Shown here in pieces: positions 58,425 through 64,000 of a stretch of 64,000 bases of DNA (the stretch's first letter is position 1; each line of letters opens with the position of its first letter). Under the pieces are notes generated by a model that saw only the letters and a list, made by a program, of their open reading frames with translations, had not been told where the DNA came from and searched no databases. The position numbers and the translations under genes were made by a program. Source of the stretch: an uncultured Candidatus Saccharibacteria bacterium (GTDB lineage Bacteria; Patescibacteriota; Minisyncoccia; Phycocordibacterales; DATDWN01). The stretch lies in assembly GCA_964468795.1 (NCBI GenBank), contig CAYXWL010000002.1:5459-69458 (forward strand), given 5' to 3'.

Positions 58425-58436
58425 GCATAGCTATGC
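58425..58436. other. 12-bp perfect palindrome gcatagctatgc, 30 nt upstream of the recombinase start. It is a candidate operator or att core.
   Basis: Direct reading of the sequence. Confidence 0.3.
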
Positions 58437-58587
58437 AAAACTACCGATTCGTCGCATACTCGCATTAGGTCTTAGCAAAATAACTAACCTGCGATACGAT
58501 TGGAATTAGAGAACAAAATAGAGTATCATGTTCTTAACAATTTAATAGATAGCCTAACCCCTTGTATTCCAAGGATATGGCTAAAAT

Positions 58588-58629
58588 CCGTTCAAAGTAG
58601 AAAGCTCTTCGTCAGAGCACTTTGAACGG
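58588..58629. repeat. Nested inverted repeat ccgttcaaagt...gctct-tcgtc-agagc...actttgaacgg. Further direct copies of ccgttcaaag lie at 58588 and 58707.
   Basis: Direct reading of the sequence. Confidence 0.6.
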
Positions 58630-58719
58630 TCCCTCTGGGAAACTGGAGGTGGGTGTCGCAAGACATCGCTGGCGGAGAGCTTTGTGCTATCTGCTAATTA
58701 ACAAAACCGTTCAAAGATT

Positions 58720-59568
58720 ATGGAAAATATAAACCAGTCTTCTGAGGTGAAGACTAAAAACATCACCTTATCATCTGTTTTAAAATGGATTTTTGGAGTT
58801 ATCTTTACTATGGTAGGAGTAACTTCAATTTTTTCAGACTTTCTTCCAGGGATATCATTTCTAGTTATTGGGCTCATTTTTCTTCCGCCATTTAATAAGT
58901 TCCTGAAAAATAAATTTAATTTTGTTTTGAGTCGTAACGTAAAAATAGGAATTGTCAGTATTTTAGTTGTCCTAGCTGGGGCGACAATGGATACCAAACC
59001 AAAAGATGTATCGGAAACGACTCCAAATGTTACAAATTCTCAAAAAGAATCAAACACGGTAACATCTCCAGTAGTGGCTGAAGTAAAACCAAAAACTCTT
59101 GAAGAGAGAATAAGCGGGATCATAAATTCTTCACTCGGGGCACAAACAAATACAAGTAAACCACGTCTAATAAGTGTTGAAGTAAGTAAATACACACCAT
59201 CAATGCTTTCGGATTATGGATATAAGTCCTCTGATGATGTTTCAAGTATTTTTATCATAATAAATGCCGACGAAAATATAACAACCAATCTTCAGAAGAG
59301 TACCCTGAACAAAGAAGCGTTTGAATTGGCAAAAGCAGTATTTCCGATCGATCACACTATCGCGGACTTGATTATTTGGGAACAACTTCCAGTACAGGAT
59401 AAGTATGGAAATATAAAAGATGGCACAGCAATAGTTTATGGAATTTCTCGTCCATTGTTTTCTAAAATCAATCTAGATAATTTCTTCTATAACGACCTGC
59501 CTAATCTTCTGAGATCGGAGATTAGGAATGATGATCGAAATAGTTACTTTGAGAAAATCACGTTTTAA
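58720..59568 (+). CDS. Membrane hypothetical protein (phage-region cargo).
   Basis: Two N-terminal TM segments and an S/T-rich extracellular region. Confidence 0.45.
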   Translation: MENINQSSEVKTKNITLSSVLKWIFGVIFTMVGVTSIFSDFLPGISFLVIGLIFLPPFNKFLKNKFNFVLSRNVKIGIVSILVVLAGATMDTKPKDVSETTPNVTNSQKESNTVTSPVVAEVKPKTLEERISGIINSSLGAQTNTSKPRLISVEVSKYTPSMLSDYGYKSSDDVSSIFIIINADENITTNLQKSTLNKEAFELAKAVFPIDHTIADLIIWEQLPVQDKYGNIKDGTAIVYGISRPLFSKINLDNFFYNDLPNLLRSEIRNDDRNSYFEKITF

Positions 59569-59575
59569 TTATTCA

Positions 59576-61095
59576 CTATTTATTACTAGGCATAGTTTTC
59601 TCAACATCCACATAATCTGAATGATAAATAGTGTCATCATCGTTATCATTTCCTCCCAACCAAAACATTATGATAGTACCTTCATTTGAGTGCTTATTAA
59701 GTGTTGAATTAATAAGTAATGAAAAAGCGTCTGCGAGGTCGTCGTGTTTCTCCACTCCAAAACCAACGAGTTGCTCAATGAGTTGTTCACATCCATGTCT
59801 GGGAAACTTTATCATCCCAGATTTTATTGACTCGATGTTAGAGATAATCTTGTCCGTTTATCACCCTTAGGTTTTACAGCTTCCGCTTCAATACCGTTGA
59901 ATTCTAACATCTGTGGTAAAGCTTCTTGATAAGCGACACTTTCTACAAATAATGTATCGCTACTAAGTGGCATTTGAGTATTTTTAAAGTTCTTCATTAA
60001 TTCCACTTGAGCCGGAAAGTTTAATTTTTGAACAATCGGATTTGGTAGAATGTAGATTCGCATTTTTTCGCATCGGCTGTAGACGTGAGCTGAGACAATT
60101 GCTGTAAAGTCTGCGGAGTCTTTTTCTGATATAGCCAAGTCAGCTCCGGCATAGGTTCCACGATACGCTTTGTGATTTATTCCTGGTAGTTCGTCATAGA
60201 ACTGAATCCACTCAGGATATATTACCTGATCATCACTTGGAATGATTCTAAGTAAGTACTCTCTTTGCCATGACACCTCACTGGCAACTTTCAACTTTTC
60301 TTCCTCTACATCTTTTTCCGTTGGATATTTTCCGCGCCATAAACAAACATTTTCGTTATCAAGTAGCGGATATTGTTTAAATACTCCTTTTGATCGATCA
60401 TTTTCTATATCTTCTTTAATTCTCATGAGAAGAGAATCTTCATGCAAAAGGTTTCCAACAATAATGAGTCTAGTCTTACGATCTCCAGCAGGTATAACTT
60501 CACCATAGAGCCATTGGTATGTTTTATTTCGTCCTTCACGAGTTTTTGTTGATTGCACATCTTCAATATCGTCACAAATAATTAAATCTGGACGGTGTTC
60601 GTTGTGTCTGATACCACGAATACTCTGTTCGGTTGAAGCGACTGTGATTCTTGCCCCACTTTTATTAAACACAAGAGAATAAGACCCCCACTCGTCGCTT
60701 TGCTCCTGAAATGGCCCGAGGTCTTTTTTCAGAAGTTCATTATTTTCAAGTTCTGTACGGATATTCATCATGTGTTGTTTTGCTTGTGTCCGTGTCTGAC
60801 AGAAAATCACACAAAATTTCTTTTGTTGTTTTCCTAAAATTGCCCAGATTGGATATGCAGTGGTAACCATTGTTGATTTTCCGGAACCACGAAAGGCTAC
60901 CACGTACATATTTTCAGTTGAACTTTTTTCTAGATTATGAATAATCTCTTTTTGGAAATCAGCGGTTTCATATTTCACATAATGGGCATAATAGAAATGA
61001 AAGAAATATAAGAAACTATCTTTTGTAATTGATGTTCTAACCAACTTGTCTTTCATCATTCTATTCACCAACTTGCCATCAATAATTTTAGTCAT
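59576..61095 (-). pseudogene. Phage terminase large subunit, split by a frameshift near 59816-59840 into 59824..61095 (ATPase and nuclease N-terminal part) and 59576..59815 (C-terminal HDD nuclease motif).
   Basis: Walker A VAFRGSGKST and Walker B-like LIICDDIED. The downstream ORF carries the terminal EKHDDLADAF motif in another frame. In its own frame, upstream of its Met, that ORF continues ...ISNIESIKSG into the first ORF. Confidence 0.65.
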
Positions 61096-61537
61096 GTTTT
61101 TTATTTATGTTTCTTATGGATTTTGATTTGGTCAGAGATGCAAGTTTGAGAGCTTGTTTTACAATTTTGGCTTGACCAGGTGTCAGTTCTTCAGATTCTT
61201 CTTTTGTGGTGATTTCAATTTTGTCTTTGTAGTTGGCGTTTCTATGACGAAGCCAGAAGCTGATTGCTGGCCAGTTTTTCTCCTTAATCATCGTAAGTAG
61301 TTGGCTTTCACTCATATCATTTACTAAAGCTACACCATTAGCAAAAGCCTCATCCATTTTCTTTGAAAAGATAGGATCCTCTTTCTTCCAACGGTATACA
61401 CTATTTCTGGAAAGTCCTGTTTTTTCACAAGCCACCTGGACTATGGGTACTTTCGCAAGCTCTGCCAGAAATTGATCCTGAAATTTATTCTTTTTCATAG
61501 TGTTCAATGAATGCTTTGTTACCTGTAAAAGCTTCAT
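61088..61537 (-). CDS. Terminase small subunit-like HTH protein.
   Basis: HTH (GLSRNSVYRWKKEDPIFSKK). It lies immediately upstream of, and overlaps, the large terminase subunit. Confidence 0.5.
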   Translation of the reverse strand: MKLLQVTKHSLNTMKKNKFQDQFLAELAKVPIVQVACEKTGLSRNSVYRWKKEDPIFSKKMDEAFANGVALVNDMSESQLLTMIKEKNWPAISFWLRHRNANYKDKIEITTKEESEELTPGQAKIVKQALKLASLTKSKSIRNINKKHD

Positions 61538-62768
61538 ATCTTTTTATAATGAGATCACAAAATCTCGGTTCTAATTCGCACCCATATATACGTCGACCTA
61601 GCTGTTCGCCTGCGAGTAAGGTACTACCTGATCCAAGGAAACTGTCCAGAATTATGTCGTTCGGCTTAGTACATCGTTTTATCGCTTTTTCGTGTAAGGT
61701 TATCGGTTTAGAAGTAGCATGTTCGTAGTCTTTGGCTGAGAGGCGTTTTGCTGTCCATATTTCTATAAATTCATCAACTTGTGAGACAAGATCATTACCC
61801 GTGCCAAATTCTTTATTCATCACTTCATTGAGATCCATAATTGATTCGGCAAGATATGGTTTTCCGCGGACACCATATACCGCAGGCTCATATGCTTTAT
61901 TGCAGTACACTTTCGGCACAGGATTTTGTGAATTTTTTAACCACAGACACACTCGCTTGTTGCTTATACCCAGCGCTCTGTATACATCCTGAATTAATCC
62001 GATATAAATTTGATCACAGTAGTAGAAGATGTGAGTATCTACATGTGATACAGCTAGTGCTGAAATGAGACTATTCTTAATGAAAAGTTTATATTCTTCA
62101 AAAGTGCGTGAGTCATTTACATTTCCTCCATAATTTTTGTTTCCACCAATACCACCGTCATAATCTATCTTGATGTTATACACTGGATCTGAATAGATCA
62201 TGGACACCTTTTCATTTCCAAGTAGTCGTTTCAAATTTTCCTCACTGGTCGAGTCTCCACAAATAATTTTGTGATTACCGAGATGGATAATATCACCGAG
62301 CTTAGTTTTTGGTTCAGTAATTTTTTTGAGTTCCTTCTCAATATCAAAGGAATCATTTTTTGTCTCATTGTCCTCATCCCAAAACTTTGCAAGCTCAATA
62401 CTGTCGAACCCAGCAAAAGACAGAGTCTCCATATCAAACGATTTCAGTAAATCATAATCCCAGTCACCACCGAGCTTGTTTGATCCAATGAGATATTCTC
62501 TGGATTCTTTTTCTGTAAGTTTTCTATTTGGTACTCTAATATCAATCAATTCATTACCTCGACCAAGTAACTGCAGAGCTTTTATTCTTTGGTGACCCGC
62601 AAGAATTTTTCCATCATGATCTATCGCTGGTATCTCCACAAGATTAAACTTCCTCAAACTTCTCGTTAAATTAGACATTTGTTTGTCACTGATTTTGCGA
62701 GGATTGACCTCTTGGGGGATAAGGTCATCTACACGTTTTTGGACCGTCGTCCATGAAAGCTTTTTCAT
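61485..62768 (-). CDS. ParB-like nuclease domain fused to a DNA methyltransferase (phage orphan MTase).
   Basis: The N-terminus has a ParB/Srx-like region (AGHQRIKAL). The C-terminus carries DPVYNI and FLGSGS methyltransferase motifs. Confidence 0.75.
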   Translation of the reverse strand: MKKLSWTTVQKRVDDLIPQEVNPRKISDKQMSNLTRSLRKFNLVEIPAIDHDGKILAGHQRIKALQLLGRGNELIDIRVPNRKLTEKESREYLIGSNKLGGDWDYDLLKSFDMETLSFAGFDSIELAKFWDEDNETKNDSFDIEKELKKITEPKTKLGDIIHLGNHKIICGDSTSEENLKRLLGNEKVSMIYSDPVYNIKIDYDGGIGGNKNYGGNVNDSRTFEEYKLFIKNSLISALAVSHVDTHIFYYCDQIYIGLIQDVYRALGISNKRVCLWLKNSQNPVPKVYCNKAYEPAVYGVRGKPYLAESIMDLNEVMNKEFGTGNDLVSQVDEFIEIWTAKRLSAKDYEHATSKPITLHEKAIKRCTKPNDIILDSFLGSGSTLLAGEQLGRRIYGCELEPRFCDLIIKRYEAFTGNKAFIEHYEKE

Positions 62769-62933
62769 ACTATTTTATTAATTTATTTTTAATAAAATGT
62801 ATGGATATAGAAAAAACCTATTCCACACACGAAATAGTCAAAGTCCGATAAACTTCAATCTATTTCTTGCGCGGAATAGGCATGGCTTGGAGGCGATACG
62901 CTATTCTACTTTTTACAACGCAGAAACTTATAC

Positions 62934-63347
62934 TTATATTTTATTACTATCTATATTTTTTGCAAGTTTCCGAAGGATTCTCTTGCCATTTTTGCTTTTT
63001 ATAAACTCAACAGTGTCTTTTCCAGGAAAAACAGGTATACCATCTCGTGGTAAGGCAAGTAATATCTTGTATCCTTTCAATTCTTCTTCCCGTACCATTT
63101 TTATAAAATCAGGATCTTGTCTAAGAAACTCTACAATAAAGTTTTTACCGTCGGCCATCTCTGATTTATGTATGGGTGCATATACTCTCCCGGGTTTATC
63201 AGATTCAAATGCTTTTTTGAACTTTTCTCCAATAGATACAGTCAGTGTCTTTTTACTCGTGTGAAATGCAACATCAGTTATTTGCATGATTTTATATTTA
63301 AAGTCATCTCTTCGTTCAAATGGTTTGAGTTGTAGTTGGTATTCCAT
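62934..63347 (-). CDS. Hypothetical protein.
   Basis: A charged, K/E-rich 137-aa protein with no recognised family. Confidence 0.35.
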   Translation of the reverse strand: MEYQLQLKPFERRDDFKYKIMQITDVAFHTSKKTLTVSIGEKFKKAFESDKPGRVYAPIHKSEMADGKNFIVEFLRQDPDFIKMVREEELKGYKILLALPRDGIPVFPGKDTVEFIKSKNGKRILRKLAKNIDSNKI

Positions 63348-63406
63348 ATAGAAGAGTATAACAAGGACTTGCTTTTTTGTATAGGGTTCTGTATACTATT
63401 TATACC

Positions 63407-64000
63407 ATGACAAATAACCTTAGTGACAAAGACAAAAAAGCTTTTGCCCTTATCCGCAACAAGATTATCAATTATGGTAAAAACCCTTCTCTTCGTGAGA
63501 TAAACGAAGTAACAGGGGGCAAATCTCCAAGATCTGCGAGTCTTGTGGTAGGCAGACTGATTGAAGCTGGATTGATTAAAAAGAATGGAAGAAATATCAT
63601 TCTTGCAAATACACAGCCAGTATCTTCTGTCAGTACTATCGATATCCCCCTATTAGGAGCTGTTCCTTGTGGAGCACCAATGTTTGCAGAAGAAAATATA
63701 GAAGCCTATATTCCAGTTTCAACAGCACTGGCAAAAAAAGGTTCTATATATTTTCTATTGCGTGCAGTCGGTGATTCTATGAATCAAGCTGGTATCAATA
63801 GTGGTGATTTACTTCTTGTTCGCCAACAGGAAACAGCTGAGAATGGTGAAAAAGTTGTTGCTCTTATCAATGATGAGGCAACAGTGAAAATTTTTGAAAA
63901 AGCTGATGGCGTTGTTATCCTTAGACCAAAATCTAGCAATAATGCACACAAGCCGATTATATTAACAGATAACTGTATGATCCAAGGAGTAGTTGTTGCG
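63407..64000 (+). CDS. lexA: LexA-like repressor, partial (continues past the window end).
   Basis: N-terminal winged HTH. The S24 peptidase region reads LLRAVGDSM (catalytic Ser) and ends ...KP near the Lys. An imperfect CTGT-rich palindrome lies at about 63373-63392. Confidence 0.7.
   Translation, partial: MTNNLSDKDKKAFALIRNKIINYGKNPSLREINEVTGGKSPRSASLVVGRLIEAGLIKKNGRNIILANTQPVSSVSTIDIPLLGAVPCGAPMFAEENIEAYIPVSTALAKKGSIYFLLRAVGDSMNQAGINSGDLLLVRQQETAENGEKVVALINDEATVKIFEKADGVVILRPKSSNNAHKPIILTDNCMIQGVVVA

Larger units (their letters stand above)
43957..62768. mobile_element. Degenerate prophage-like or integrative element. Two paralogous modules (serine recombinase, terS-like protein, orphan MTase) bracket a metal-resistance cargo.
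   Basis: It contains recombinases, terminase subunits and ParB-MTase genes, and several of them are disrupted. Confidence 0.5.

Noticed and set aside
62797-63264. 155-aa plus-strand ORF overlapping 62934..63347(-).
   Set aside because: The translation is hydrophobic and low-complexity with no start context. The opposite-strand charged protein is more plausible.
1-64000. CRISPR arrays or rRNA genes.
   Set aside because: No regularly spaced direct repeats of CRISPR type and no rRNA-like conserved stretches were seen. The only spaced repeat (25321-25480) has two copies and internal palindromes, which is not a CRISPR architecture.

Overview
This is an AT-rich (~35-40% GC) bacterial window with a small-genome/Patescibacteria-like flavour: short genes, many secreted or membrane hypotheticals, and a type IV pilin. 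Almost every gene from 108 to 36221 lies on the minus strand. In order, these are uvrB, tgt, an FKBP isomerase, a LOG-family gene, xseAB, DedA, a DEAD-box helicase, DoxX, an AI-2E transporter and msrAB. Next come an ECF sigma/anti-sigma pair and a three-gene flavin module (FMN-binding protein, ApbE flavin transferase, and a polytopic membrane protein fused to an FNR-like FAD/NAD domain). After that lie a second ECF pair, an MFS transporter, an S41 protease, small stress proteins, an ABC exporter, an MBL hydrolase, tyrS, an alkyltransferase-like (ATL) protein, and a holin-like DUF360 protein. The run ends with a prepilin carrying a C-terminal dockerin-like domain. A tRNA-Gln(UUG) at 36367-36440 marks a switch to an AT-richer plus-strand island (36610-43960) of two tandem NUDIX hydrolases, several glycosyltransferases, a THUMP/UPF0020 methylase and a pyruvyl transferase. 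From 43957 onward there is a decaying phage-like or integrative element made of two paralogous modules: a large serine recombinase, a small-terminase-like HTH protein and an orphan ParB-type DNA methyltransferase, plus a frameshifted large terminase. Several genes in these modules are disrupted (an in-frame TGA, truncations, a frameshift). The modules bracket a heavy-metal cargo: a 5'-truncated P-type ATPase, an M23 peptidase, RodA/FtsW, and a CsoR-CopA-YHS-DUF305-HMA::TauE-cupredoxin copper block. A partial lexA runs off the right edge. The most novel candidate is the anti-sigma factor fused to an extracytoplasmic cytochrome b5 heme domain, located directly upstream of the ApbE flavin module and msrAB. 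Other features of note are GC-rich structured islands flanking tgt (candidate ncRNAs), a five-copy 12-mer repeat/palindrome array at 25321-25480, and an orphan perfect sigma70 promoter at 10431-10460. No CRISPR array or rRNA was seen.
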